Shown here piece by piece: positions 41,908 to 53,898 of a stretch of 64,000 nt of DNA; position 1 is the stretch's first letter, and each line of letters starts with the position of its first letter. The stretch is taken from the IMG/VR virus record IMGVR_UViG_3300022858_000986. One strand, 5' to 3'. The DNA is from an uncultured virus (IMG/VR IMGVR_UViG_3300022858_000986) (lineage: Duplodnaviria > Heunggongvirae > Uroviricota > Caudoviricetes). The notes under the pieces are model-generated. The model saw only the letters and a program-made list of their open reading frames with translations. It made no database searches and was not told the origin of the DNA. Made by a program: the position numbers and the translations under genes.

Positions 41908-42927
41908 ATGATTAGAACAGCAGAATGTGTAACGCCAAAGCACCCAGATAAAATTTGTGATAGAATCGCTGATGCAATTTTAGATAAGTGTTTAGAACAA
42001 GATAAAAATTCAAGATGTGCGATTGAAGTAATGGGCGGACATGGTATCATTACTATTACTGGAGAGATAACCACAAATGCGTGGGTTGATATACCAAATA
42101 CCGTTAGAGCCATTGCCGGTGACAAATATGGAGTACAAATAAATGTAGCAAAACAAAGCCCAGAAATCTCAAATGGGGTTGATACAGGTGGTGCTGGTGA
42201 CCAAGGAATTATGGTTGGGTATGCTTGTACAGAAAACGCAGGGCTTATACCAAATGAACATTATTTGGCAAAAGATTTATGTAAAAATCTTTATGATAAA
42301 TTTTCAACTGATGGTAAAACACAAATTACAATTAATGATGGGCTTATAACGCATGTAGTCGCAAGCTTTCAAGGTGTTAAACAAAGCATATTACAAAGTT
42401 ATGCCGAGCGTTGGTTGCAAAACATAGACACAGCAAAGGGTGTAAAGGTTCTTTGTAACCCAGCGGGTGACTGGCATGTTGGCGGATTTGACGCTGACAC
42501 GGGCGTTACAGGTAGAAAATTAATTGTTGATAATTATGGACCAAGAGTGCCAATTGGCGGTGGAAGTTTCAGCGGAAAATGCGGAAGTAAAACTGATAGA
42601 AGTGGTGCTTATATGGCAAGATATATTGCACTTGACATATTAAGACAAGAAACAGAAAAAAATAAGAAACATAGAGAAGTAATTGTTAAACTTGCATATG
42701 CGATTGGAGTTTCGAAACCAGTTCAGGCTTATGCGATTGTTAGAGAAGAGTTTGAAGATGGCATCATTAAAGAGCGTCAAATTGATTTAATTGATAAATA
42801 TGATTTACGTCCAAAAGCGATTATTGAAAAATTAGAATTACAAAATCCTATCTTTTTAGAAACAGCGGAATGGGGTGCGTTTGGTAATATTGAAACTAAC
42901 TTCCCATGGGAAAAGACAGAGGTATAG
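41908..42927 (+). CDS. metK: S-adenosylmethionine synthetase
   Basis: HPDKICD, GAGDQG, DGKTQ, D.G.TGRK, GGGSFSGK, DRSGAY. Confidence 0.95.
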   Translation: MIRTAECVTPKHPDKICDRIADAILDKCLEQDKNSRCAIEVMGGHGIITITGEITTNAWVDIPNTVRAIAGDKYGVQINVAKQSPEISNGVDTGGAGDQGIMVGYACTENAGLIPNEHYLAKDLCKNLYDKFSTDGKTQITINDGLITHVVASFQGVKQSILQSYAERWLQNIDTAKGVKVLCNPAGDWHVGGFDADTGVTGRKLIVDNYGPRVPIGGGSFSGKCGSKTDRSGAYMARYIALDILRQETEKNKKHREVIVKLAYAIGVSKPVQAYAIVREEFEDGIIKERQIDLIDKYDLRPKAIIEKLELQNPIFLETAEWGAFGNIETNFPWEKTEV

Positions 42928-42967
42928 ATGAAGATATGGTTATTAGAAAATAAAGGTGGATATTAAA

Positions 42968-43507
42968 ATGAAAAATGATATTTTAGAAGTTATAATAAGT
43001 GAAGACGAAATTCAAGAAAAAGTAAGGGAATTGGGACAAAAAATTTCTTTGGATTATAAAGATAAATTCCCAGTAATTGTTTGCATATTAAAAGGCGGTG
43101 TATTTTTTCTAACTGACTTAATGAAAAATATTTCGATACCAGTTGAAATGGATTTCCTAGCACTTGCGAGTTATGGCGCTGGTTCTAAATCATCTGGTGT
43201 TGTTAAAATTAAAAAAGATATTGATGTCAATATTTCTGGCAGACATGTAATTATTGTCGAGGACATTGTAGATACAGGATTGACCTTAAAATATATTAAA
43301 GAATACCTTTCTCGTCACGACCCAAAATCAGTTAAAATTTGTACATTTCTTGATAAACCATCCGCTCATAAAACAGACATTGATGTTGATTATATTGCAT
43401 TTGAAGTTGGCGAAGGATTTTTCGTTGGATACGGATTGGATTACGCACAGAAGTACCGTAATTTTCCATTTATTGGAACATTAAAGGAGGAAATTTACAA
43501 TGGATAG
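42968..43507 (+). CDS. hpt: hypoxanthine phosphoribosyltransferase
   Basis: ILKGG, IIVEDIVDTGLTL, LDKP, FVGYGLD...YRN. Confidence 0.95.
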   Translation: MKNDILEVIISEDEIQEKVRELGQKISLDYKDKFPVIVCILKGGVFFLTDLMKNISIPVEMDFLALASYGAGSKSSGVVKIKKDIDVNISGRHVIIVEDIVDTGLTLKYIKEYLSRHDPKSVKICTFLDKPSAHKTDIDVDYIAFEVGEGFFVGYGLDYAQKYRNFPFIGTLKEEIYNG

Positions 43508-43961
43508 AATAGACGATTTTTTTGGTGAATATTACTTTATGAGTAATTTTTATAATAGTGAAATATTTTTGGATGGTTATAGTTGGTCTACGGTCGAACA
43601 TTATTTCCAAGCACAAAAGGCATTTGATATTGATAAAGATCAATATGATGCAATTAGAACCGCAAAAACGCCTAGGTGGGCAAAGACGTTAGGCAAAACT
43701 GGCGTAATGAGAGATGATTGGGATAAGATTAAATACTTTGTTATGAAGAAAGCATTAAACGAGAAATTTGCCGAAGATTCTAAATTATGTAAAATGTTAT
43801 TAGATACAGGAAATGCTGAACTAATTGAAGGCAATAGTTGGCACGATAATATTTGGGGCGATTGTGGTTGTAGCAAGTGTAAAGACATTGTTGGTCAGAA
43901 TACGTTGGGGCTTCAATTAATGGAAATAAGGAAAATAAGAAGAGAGCAGAGGAAGAAATAA
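43500..43961 (+). CDS. NADAR family protein
   Basis: SNFY, VEHYFQAQK, R.DW, KF, LL.TG..ELIE, D..WG, G.N.LG..LM.IR. Confidence 0.9.
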   Translation: MDRIDDFFGEYYFMSNFYNSEIFLDGYSWSTVEHYFQAQKAFDIDKDQYDAIRTAKTPRWAKTLGKTGVMRDDWDKIKYFVMKKALNEKFAEDSKLCKMLLDTGNAELIEGNSWHDNIWGDCGCSKCKDIVGQNTLGLQLMEIRKIRREQRKK

Positions 43962-44930
43962 TGAAATTTTATATTCTATTTGAAGGGCAGACATTTGACG
44001 AAGCTCTTGAGTTAGGCGATTTATCATTCAAAACATTTTATGGCGAAGCTGGCCTTGATGCATTGAATGAAATTTTAGCAAGACCGAACGCTGATGAACT
44101 ACTTGACGATATGATTATTAAAGATGAAAAAAGTAAAACATATACAATTAAAGAATTTCTTGACGTTATAGAAAGTTCATATGTATTTACACAGAAGAGG
44201 GAATAATGATAGAAGATATTAAAGATGTGTGGAAGAAAAAAATGAACAAAGAAGGGCTTAAATTTTTTGTACTAAATGCCGATGATTTATTTAAGCTCTC
44301 TCCTGAAATGATTAGAGATTTTAATACTATTTTATATAAAATTGAAGAAGATCGCATAGCACAGGGCAAAACTGCGTTTAATACTTATTTTATTGTTAAT
44401 AGGGACGAGGAGTATGCCGATGAAGTCGCAAAAATAATTGAAAAAAATGAAAACGTAAAGTTGCAGGATTAATGAGATGGCACGTAAACAAAAATATTTG
44501 AAAATTTTAATGCTTGGCGATGATATGTACCAAGATAAGTTAAAGATTAAGAATATTATTTTCTCACTACGTGAGAAGTTCGGGCAAGATAAAATAAAAA
44601 TTGCGACACTTGGGAGCGAAGATGGGGTTGGTAGATTTGTTAAGAATGACTGTATGAGATTTGAAGTAAAGTATGGTGAGTTTCCACCATATCACGACCA
44701 CCATAATTTAGATTGTATAATGCCAGAACAAAGATTTGATAAAATGTATGACCCAAGATATTATTTTTGGAGAGAGAACGATGCAATAAAATGGTCAAAC
44801 ATTATTATGATTTTTACAAATAAGAAAAACATAAAAGGCTTTTTGGGAAACATTAAACGAGCTAAGAAATTAGATAAAAAGATAAAATTATTTTATGATA
44901 AAATAGGATAGAAGAAGCTCAAGAATAGAT

Positions 44931-45248
44931 ATGATTAAAATAATGAATATGAAAGTTACAAAGCCGACCAAACCATACGATGTAAGAGTTGACAGGGCTT
45001 CAATATTAGGCAATCCATTTGTATTAGAAAACGAAACTAACCGTGATGATGTATGCGACAAATACGACATGTATTTTCAGGAAAAAATTATTGATAATAA
45101 TAATTTTATTTCAGAGTTAAACAGAATTATTAATATGTATATGTATTATGGACAAGTTAGATTGTTTTGTTGGTGTAAGCCAAAACGATGCCATGCGCTG
45201 ACTATCAAAAGATGGTTGGAAAATAAAATAAAAAAAGAAAAGGAGTAG
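44931..45248 (+). CDS. DUF4326 family protein
   Basis: R.S.LGNPF, L.CWCKP..CHA. Confidence 0.8.
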   Translation: MIKIMNMKVTKPTKPYDVRVDRASILGNPFVLENETNRDDVCDKYDMYFQEKIIDNNNFISELNRIINMYMYYGQVRLFCWCKPKRCHALTIKRWLENKIKKEKE

Positions 45249-45250
45249 TT

Positions 45251-45460
45251 ATGTATTACGAAATCGGAATTAGTTACATTGAGACGTATGAGGATGCCAA
45301 AGGTAATCCAAAAGAAAGAAAGCGTACCGAAAAGTTTTTAGTAAGAGAAAATTCAATCAGTGACGCAGAAGCAAAAGTCAAAGAAAAGATTAAAAATATT
45401 TATAGCGATTACAGCGTAAAATATGTCAAAGAATCGCCAATACTTTCTGTATTTGAATAA
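45251..45460 (+). CDS. DUF4494-like protein
   Basis: G..K...E.FLV...S.SDAEAKV...I..VF. Confidence 0.55.
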   Translation: MYYEIGISYIETYEDAKGNPKERKRTEKFLVRENSISDAEAKVKEKIKNIYSDYSVKYVKESPILSVFE

Positions 45461-45488
45461 AAAATTTTACAACTAAGGAGGCCGAAAA

Positions 45489-46148
45489 ATGCCAGACAAT
45501 AAATTTCCAGAAGAAGTTGAGATACTTGATTCAAAGTATAAGATGTTATATTTCGACGATGCATCAGATGTATGTATAATGAAGAGATATAATAAGTTAA
45601 AAGAGGTTGACTTTTGAACGAGCGAAATAAGGATTTTTAGAGGAGACTCTACAGAATTTGAGATTTGAAATAGAATTTGAGAATCGTTAATAGAGATATT
45701 TGTTGAAAAGCTTCATATAGATGATGTTGTAAAGGACGACCTAAAAGAGCGACATATGTTATTATTGTCTGCCGGAATAAGTTGTGCTTTAATGAATAAT
45801 GATTTATTAAGCGACAGAAAAGATTTCCCGAAATCATTGCAAATATTTAATAGTGTATATGAAGTTATGTATTACGACAAAGCATCGCAGGTTGATCATG
45901 TCCAGAGAAATTCATTATTTGGACAGGTTGATTTATGAGATTCAAAAATAAGAATATATAAGGGAAGGCATAGTGAGTCTAGTATTTGGCAAACAATTTG
46001 GCATGAAGTAATTCATACGATATTAGATAAACTATATTTGAAATTATCAGAAGATGAAGTGTTCGTTGATTTAATGGCGACAGCAATCAATGGAGTATTG
46101 GAGTATAACGAAATTTTTAGAAAAAGATTCGAAAAGATGAGCAAATAA
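45489..46148 (+). CDS. tandem two-domain zincin-like protein (4 TGA=Trp)
   Basis: Internal duplication; second domain has HEVIH, first has lost it. Confidence 0.75.
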
Positions 46149-46169
46149 CAAGGCTGGGTCTAAGCGCGC

Positions 46170-46202
46170 AAAAAGGTGTTAGCTTTATGTTGACACCTTT
46201 TT
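46170..46202 (+). terminator. intrinsic terminator
   Basis: AAAAAGGTGTTAGC-TTTAT-GTTGACACCTTTTT. Confidence 0.75.
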
Positions 46203-46608
46203 GTATATATGTATAGTTGTATCATAAAAAGAATAAGGGGGCGAAGATATGGTACCAAGAGGGTATAATGCATGGATAGGGCCAAATGGTGTGATTCATT
46301 ATTGTGGTTGCCATGTTACGTGGGCACAAGAATATCTTGAAGACAAATATGGATTTGAAAAAGCATTTAACCTAACAAAAAATCATGCGTCTAATTCATC
46401 CTATCTTCATAGTATAGGATGGGTGCGACTTTTGACTTGGGTATTTGGAAAGACAAGGGCTTGTGGCGATTGTTGGAATCCACGTATACTTGATGATACA
46501 GTTGACCCAAGCCTAAGCAAACAGCAAAAGGCAACATTAAAAGAATGGTGTTTTGATCACAATTATGATTATGATAATTTGTTTCTATAAAATAAAAGGA
46601 GAATTAAA

Positions 46609-46779
46609 ATGGCAGTAGAAGGAAGAACAACTATGGGTCCACATGGATGGGCATATGGGCACAAGAAGAAAAGAACACGTCAAGGAGCAGGAAGACATAC
46701 AAAATATGGTAGCGGTGCTGGTTCGATTATAAAATATCGTGGTCAGGGTGGCGGGAAAAAATCTCATAAAAGACAATAA
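46609..46779 (+). CDS. small basic RGQG-motif phage protein
   Basis: KRTRQG.G.HTKY...KYRGQG; AAGGAG SD. Confidence 0.6.
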   Translation: MAVEGRTTMGPHGWAYGHKKKRTRQGAGRHTKYGSGAGSIIKYRGQGGGKKSHKRQ

Positions 46780-47061
46780 AAAAAGAAGAAAAAGTAAACT
46801 CTTTGATATTTATTATTGTAATACAATATTATGTTATTATTGTAATATATAAATATTAGGGAGTTTTTTTGATGGAGAAAGATAATAAAGGATGCGTATT
46901 GCAAATTAAAGTTACGCAAGAAGAGAGAGCGTTTATAGAGAAATTTCTATTACGCAAATCTTTGTTAGATGCCAAACGGCATTCAATGTCAGCATTTTTG
47001 TCTATGTCATTAATGGACAAATTGAACGATGATTATGAAAAGTTAATTAAAGGAATGAAAG

Positions 47062-47469
47062 ATGGATAGTGTAAGAAAGCCAAGCTATACACTTACGATT
47101 GACGGCATAACTGTTGACGTTCAAGACAATAATTGAAAAATGGGGAGCGAAGCGCCATATCATGGTGACTCAAAGTTTACGGCGACAATATATCTTGATA
47201 TGCCCGAAGCCAGACTCCTAATTGATAAGCTTCGAAGTGATTCCATTTACGACAAAGGGTTTAAGCTTATTGCCTGTTCAGGTCCCAAAGAAACAATATT
47301 TTTAGGCAAGATACGTTATGTAGCGGATTTAAATGTTGAGGTTGAATATAACACTCCCACAGCGACGTTTACAATTTTTACCAATGAAGCAGAGATATTG
47401 CACCGAGATATAAGATTTCGAAATGAAAAAAGATATGATATATTTGGCAAAAGAGTAAGAACAATATAA
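47062..47469 (+). CDS. hypothetical protein (1 TGA=Trp), C-terminal YDIFG motif
   Basis: ATG 47062 overlaps previous gene end and is in frame with track ORF 47140. Confidence 0.6.
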
Positions 47470-47490
47470 AATTAATATAAGGAGTAGCAA

Positions 47491-49023
47491 ATGAAGCAAT
47501 GAAAAATAGGAGAGATTAGAAATGGATTCGAGGTCCTTCCCAAAGACAAGAGAAAAAAAATGTTATTATTATGTGATGATGTGCGAAGTCACTCAGGCAT
47601 TGCAACAATGGGAAGGGAGATAATATTTCAAACTTGTCATTATATTAATTGAGTTAACCTTGCCGCATTAATTAATCATCCAGAACATGGAAAAGCAATT
47701 GATTTAAGCGAATCAACATCAAAAGAAACTGGTGTCCCAGATGCAAGTGCATTTGCTTTTCCACATAATGGATACGGAAATCCAGACGTACTTAGGGCTC
47801 TTCTTGCAAAAGAGAATCCTGTGGCAATATTACATTACACCGACCCAAGATTTTGAGGTTGGTTGTATTCAATGGAACACGAAATAAGACAAAACATTCC
47901 AATTTTTTACTACAATATATGAGACGACCTGCCATACCCACACTATAATAAAAAGTTCTATGCGAGTTCAGATTTAATCATGAACATATCAAAGCAGACC
48001 GTTAACATTGTTAAAAATGTTTTAGGTGAAAAGAACTATGTTGAAATTAATAGAGACGGTACGACAAGTAAAAAGAAAGTAAGTGATTACGTTGATCATC
48101 CAGTACATGTTTCGTATGTGCCACATGGAATTAATACAGACATATTTAAATCAATTGACAAAAGTGATTCCGAATATGTTGCGTTTTCCGATACCATTTT
48201 GAAAAATAAAAAATATGATTTCATTGTATTATTTAACAATAGAAATATTAGAAGAAAAATGCCTTCAGATTTAATGGCCGCATATAAATTTTTCTGTCAA
48301 GAAATAGGGCCAGAGAAAGCAAAAAAATGTTTGCTATTATATAAAACCACACCAGTAGATAATAATGGAACAGATTTACCTGTCGTACATAAAGACATAA
48401 TTGGCGAAGAGTATAACGTACAATTCTTACACCAGGCTTTAACACCAAAGATAATGAATATATTATATAATATGGTAGATGTAACAATGGGAATTAGTTC
48501 CGCAGAGGGATTCGGATTAGCAACGGCAGAAAGTGTTATGGCAGGAACTCCAATTATTCTTACTTCAATTGGCGGATTGCAAGACCAATGTAAATTTGAA
48601 GATGAAAAAGGAAACTGAATTGATATGAGCACAAGCCATCCAACGAATTCAGACAAACGATATACAAAACACGGCTCTTGAGCATTTCCGGTATGACCAC
48701 AACTTAATCTTGTTGGTTCGCCACCAACGCCTTATATTTATGATAGTAGGGCAAGTATCAAAGATATTGCCGAAAGATTATTAGAAGTATATAATATGGA
48801 TTGAATTGACAGAAAAAGTGTTGCACTTAAAGGGAGAGAGTGGATGAGTTCTCCTGAATGCGGTATGTCAGCCGGAGAAATGGGGCATAGATTTATGTAT
48901 GATATGAATTTTGTTTTAGATGGATGAAAGCCAAGAAATAAAATAAATATATATAAAGCGGTTACAAAAAAACAAAAAATAAAGTCAGGATTATATAATC
49001 CGATTAAAGAACAGTGACAATAA
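47491..49023 (+). CDS. GT4-family glycosyltransferase (10 TGA=Trp)
   Basis: DD.R.HSG.ATM, YVPHGI, NNRNIRRK, EGFGL...ES...GTPII...GGLQDQ; 510 aa to TAA. Confidence 0.85.
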
Positions 49024-49036
49024 AAGGAGAAAGCAA

Positions 49037-49813
49037 ATGTTATATTACACAATTGGAATGATTGTTGCATTTTTCGTTATAATATATTTCGTATCATATT
49101 TTATAAAGAAAGCAATGATTGAAAGAGCAAAGATATTATTCAGTATTTCACACTTAGGCGATAGAAGTATTGAAGAAGACAAATTACGTAAAATGGGACT
49201 AAAGCCCGCAAATATGCGTAAAAAATATGGGCACGATGCAACGCTTGGAACGGTATCAACTGAACTATTGAACAAGACAAGAAGGGATATTTTAAAGATA
49301 AAGAATATTTTTAATTGGAAAAAAGATTTTATATTTGGCAATGCATTTATATACAAAAAATATTGTGCAATGATAGGAACGATCGAAGTGAATAAAATAG
49401 AAGAGCAAATTTACGCACTTCAGGAAAAACAGGCAAAAATACAAATAAGCCAAGTAATGCAAGGATATGGTCTTCATGATAATGAAAGAAATAAAATCTT
49501 GGCTGGTTTAATTGAGCCAGATGGAATTGAAGATAAAGTTTATTCAAGAAAATCAAGAAGAGATTTTTGAGAAGAATGTCATGAGCCTAATAAAGAAGCT
49601 GATTGTGTGTGCGGAGCAGGTGCAAAGCCAGAACCAACTTTGCCTGCGCCCAAAATGGGCGACAAAACTTTAGACAACATAAATATTTTAACAGAAGGGG
49701 CATTCGAAGATATTCAAAGTGTTGGCAAGCAAATGAGAGAAGAATTATTAGAGCAAGATGATATTGATGTTAATGAAGAGTTAAAAGAAAAAGGGATAAC
49801 GGTGGAGGATTAA
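49037..49813 (+). CDS. membrane-anchored hypothetical protein (1 TGA=Trp)
   Basis: N-terminal TM segment; track ORFs 49037 and 49607 are in one frame. Confidence 0.55.
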
Positions 49814-49970
49814 TTATGGGAAAAAGTAGACAAAATTGGTTAATACTATTGGCAAAAACAAAAAGTCAACTTGATTTGCTAATTGAAGCCGGAATGATAC
49901 GAATAAAAATTCCAGGAGTGCTTAAAAGTAAAACTGAACAAAACAATTTTTTAAATAGTGGAGGCGATAT

Positions 49971-51260
49971 ATGTTATGTGTAATACAAGCGTGTGTTTCG
50001 TCTTTTTCTGGATATGGAGCGCATTCTCGGGACATAGTAAGAGCCGTAATTAAAAAATATCCTAATTGAGATATTAAAATTAATGATACACGTTGAGGTA
50101 ATACGCCCAAAAATGCATTAATAAAAGGTAAGGATGATGAAATAATAAATAGAATATTAAAAGGCCCACTTAATAGACAGCCAGATATTTTTATTCAAAT
50201 TACTGTTCCTAACGAGTTTAATCCAGTTGGTAAATATAATATAGGAATTACTGCTGGAATTGAAACAACCAAATGTGCGCCAGTATGGTTAGAGGGGTGT
50301 AATAGAATGGATTTAATTATTACAACTTCCGTACATTCTAAATCAGTTTTAGAACAAACCGAATGGGAAATGAAAAATGAAAAAACTGGTCAACCTATGG
50401 GTAAATTACAATTAAAATCAAAAATTGATATTTTGTTTGAAGGTATTGACAAAAACATTTATCATAAAACTGATAAAAGCTATGAAGTTGTGGATAAATT
50501 AATGGATAGAATTCCTGAACAATTTGCATTTCTTTTCGTTGGGCATTGATTGGCAGGCGATCTTGGACATGACAGAAAAGATGTTGGTATGATGATTAAA
50601 ACATTTTGTGATACATTCAAAGGTAAGTCAAAAAAGCCAGCATTAATTTTAAAAACAAGTGGCGCTTCTTATTCAATTATTGATAGAGAAGAAATATTAA
50701 AAAAAATAAATGATATACGCACAAATGATAATTTGCCGAATGTATATTTGTTACATGGTGGCATAACGGATGACGAAATGAATGGGTTATATAATCACAA
50801 GAAAGTAAAAGCAATGGTGTCATTTACACACGGAGAAGGTTACGGTCGTCCGTTTGCCGAATTTGCAGTTTCAGAAAAACCAATCATTGCTTCAAATTGA
50901 TCAGGCCATGTTGACTTTTTAAATCAAAGTTATTCAATCTTATTGCCTGGCGAATTAAAGCAAGTTGATAAGTCTGTAGTTTGAAAGGATATTGTAATTC
51001 AAGATTCAAGTTGATTTTACATTAACTATTTTTATGCATCGCAGGCAATCAAAGATGTATTTGAAAATTATGACAATTATAAGATTAGAGCAAAGAAGCA
51101 AGCAGATTTAATAAATGAAAAGTTTACGAGAGAAAAGATGGAAGATAAATTATATGAAATATTTGAAGAAAATATTCCTGAATTTCCTGCTGAAGTTCAA
51201 ATAAAATTACCATCAATTAAAAAATTAAAAAAACCTACAATGATTAAAAAAGGAGAATAG
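49971..51260 (+). CDS. GT4-family glycosyltransferase (6 TGA=Trp)
   Basis: SGYG..SRD, GH*L.G..G.DRKD.G, GEGYGRPFAE, ASN*SGHVDFL; GGAGG SD. Confidence 0.85.
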
Positions 51261-51414
51261 AAATGGAAACAATTACAGATGTTGAAAAATTAGAAAATAT
51301 AGCAAAATGCGCATTAGATAAGGCGGGAGATTGCGAAGACCCAGATTTAGTATACGAATGGCTTAATTCTTATGTATATGTTAGAGAACTTTTACGTGAA
51401 TTGGATGGCGAGTA

Positions 51415-51906
51415 ATGGGAAAAGAACAAAAAAAAGAAATGGAAAAAATTATTTGCCCTGTATGTAAAGTTAATTTCTGTTACAAAGATGATTATCCAGA
51501 TGGTTCAGCAGGATATCTTTGTTACAATTGTGGAATGACAAGCCATAGCAAACTTATCCCAGATACAGAATATCTTGAAAAAGCAATAATTTCAACTCCA
51601 GAATTTATTAATGATAATATGTTCCTTGATGAAAAAAGAAATATATATTGGTTCTTATCAACTATAAGAACGGTTACTGGAATAGTGTTTCCAGAGCCAG
51701 ACGACTCATTTGATGGATGGAATTGGGCGGTTGCAAAGATTGTTAGTATATCCGAAGAAGAGCAAAAAGATTATCCAATACCTGGAAAAGATGGCGAGTT
51801 CTACACAAATCGATTGGCAATTGATGATGCAACACATTTTAGAAAGAATAAATTTTATGACGCCTGTCAAGAACTAGGCGGAATACTAAAGACTCATCAG
51901 GAGTAA
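51415..51906 (+). CDS. zinc-ribbon-containing conserved phage protein
   Basis: CPVC...C, CYNCG. Confidence 0.6.
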   Translation: MGKEQKKEMEKIICPVCKVNFCYKDDYPDGSAGYLCYNCGMTSHSKLIPDTEYLEKAIISTPEFINDNMFLDEKRNIYWFLSTIRTVTGIVFPEPDDSFDGWNWAVAKIVSISEEEQKDYPIPGKDGEFYTNRLAIDDATHFRKNKFYDACQELGGILKTHQE

Positions 51907-51908
51907 TT

Positions 51909-52334
51909 ATGGCAATTGTAGGGTCGAAATATGGGAACATCAATCAGACGTTTAATGCAAATTTTTATAACAAGGGCAATCTTGATTTAACAAAACATCT
52001 TTTCGAGGCACTCGATTCTGCTGGCATTGAATATCTCAAAACTACACTCCCATGTGGCCCAATTGGCAATTCAAAATTAGACAGGTTTTGTGTGAAGTCA
52101 ATCAAACTTAAAACGATATGGAAGGACAATGGCCGACCAATTCCATGAGATTATATTATTGACGAAGTAAGGCACAGATGTTGTTCTAAACATAAAACCC
52201 CAATATTCCTCAGCCTTACGAGTGTCGTGATGTATGATCCAAAAGATTTTTCGTCAATGGGTGGTTTAATCATTAGGTTTCACGAAGGGTTTGGGGATAA
52301 ACCATCATACACGATTTATGGAAAACGATGTTAA
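51909..52334 (+). CDS. hypothetical protein (1 TGA=Trp), C-terminal YTIYG motif
   Basis: Read-through of TGA 52146 gives 62 further codons ending PSYTIYGKRC-TAA. Confidence 0.6.
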
Positions 52335-52366
52335 AAACTTATACAATATACGGAAAGGAGTTATAA

Positions 52367-52834
52367 GTGGGGGTTTCTTCTGTATTATTTAATATATTGG
52401 CCGATTATCAAAAGGAATATTCGTATACCTTATTGCCTGTTGCCGATGATATACCTACCACATACACAATGCCGAACGTAGGTAAAGAAATTAGTAAAGA
52501 AACATACAAGTTAAAACGAATACGATATAATTTTTCAATTTCCAATGATACTAAATGATGAAGATTTAAGTATATAATTAATAATAATATAACCAAACTC
52601 TTATTTGAATTTGCCGAGAAAGTTATACTTATACAAAAGACAAAAGTTTTAATGGATGTGGGCCATGATAGTATGAGTTTTACATTTGAAATTATGGCGT
52701 ATCCAACAAATTCACAAAATGCAATAAAATTTGCAAAACAAAATGAAATTGTAAAAGCACCAAAAGTTCCGATACAAAAAGGTTACACAATCTTTGGACA
52801 GATTATTGATATTAAACAAGGAGAAAAAAGATGA
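52367..52834 (+). CDS. hypothetical protein (tandem TGA-TGA internal), YTIFG motif
   Basis: Track ORFs 52367 and 52652 in one frame; 3' end uncertain. Confidence 0.5.
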
Positions 52835-53898
52835 TTAGAGAATTTATCAGAAACGTTGTGGAGGAAAAAAACGGATTTAGTTTTGACCGACCACACCGTC
52901 TTGGAGAAAAGTCGTTATCAGTTTTAGTTCCTGTAATTAGAAAAGCAGATTGAAAAAGAGACTACATTACGCTTTCAGAGACGAAAAATGTAAGTATTAA
53001 AGATACTGGAAATATTGAGTTTGTAAATGTACAAAACAATGAAGATGTACCACTATATATTAGTAGAGGTTCTATTTTTAAAGGTGATACGCAAGAGAGA
53101 GCCGTAATTCATGGGCATATCATAAAACCTAATAGCAATTTAAATGTTGCTGTTAGATGTATACACCTAACAAAGAGTATTAATTGCGACGCAGACATGG
53201 AATATGTTGGAAGTTTACCTTATTCAATTGACCTATCAAAACAAACAAACACATGAAATACAATCCAAATGTATGTAACAGATTGTGTTGGTACTAATTT
53301 TAATTGCTGTACGGATGACGATGCTGTAGCAACTGACGCATGTAACGTAACGGCATCACACGATTGTTACACAACTATAGCGCCTGACGTACAAATAGAC
53401 GAATATAGTAGTAATATGTCATCTGATTGAGTTGCATATAGTTCAACAGGTGGCAACTATGCAAATACAGATTTTGGAACACTTAATCAAGATAATTCTG
53501 ACGATTTAGTTGGAACTCTTGACGAACTTTCCGAAAATATCAAAGAAGCCATGAAAAACATACCTTATATAGAAAATCAAGTTGGTGGCGTTTTCATGAA
53601 CGGTAGTGGAGAGATTATTGGTCTCGATATTTACGATGTATCAAAATCATGGCAAAGTATGAAGAATGATACAATAAAAAAAGAAGGTGCCTCGTTTATT
53701 GATGATGATGATGATTTGTTTGTAATGCGTCCAGAAAAAGCAAGCAAGCTAATAAGCAAAAAGTTGAGTAATGATTTCACTGAGAAGATTATTTACAGCA
53801 AAGATTATTCAATAATAGAAGTTAGATATGAAGATTTGGTTGGAGAGGTAGTTGTATTCAATAATCAAGTTATTCATTTAACTCTTTGGAGAAAGTAA
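52831..53898 (+). CDS. ARPP-1/DUF6569-like protein (3 TGA=Trp)
   Basis: V.N....PLYI..G.I.KG.TQER......I.P.....V.V.C; AAGGAG SD; in frame with track ORF 53551. Confidence 0.65.
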
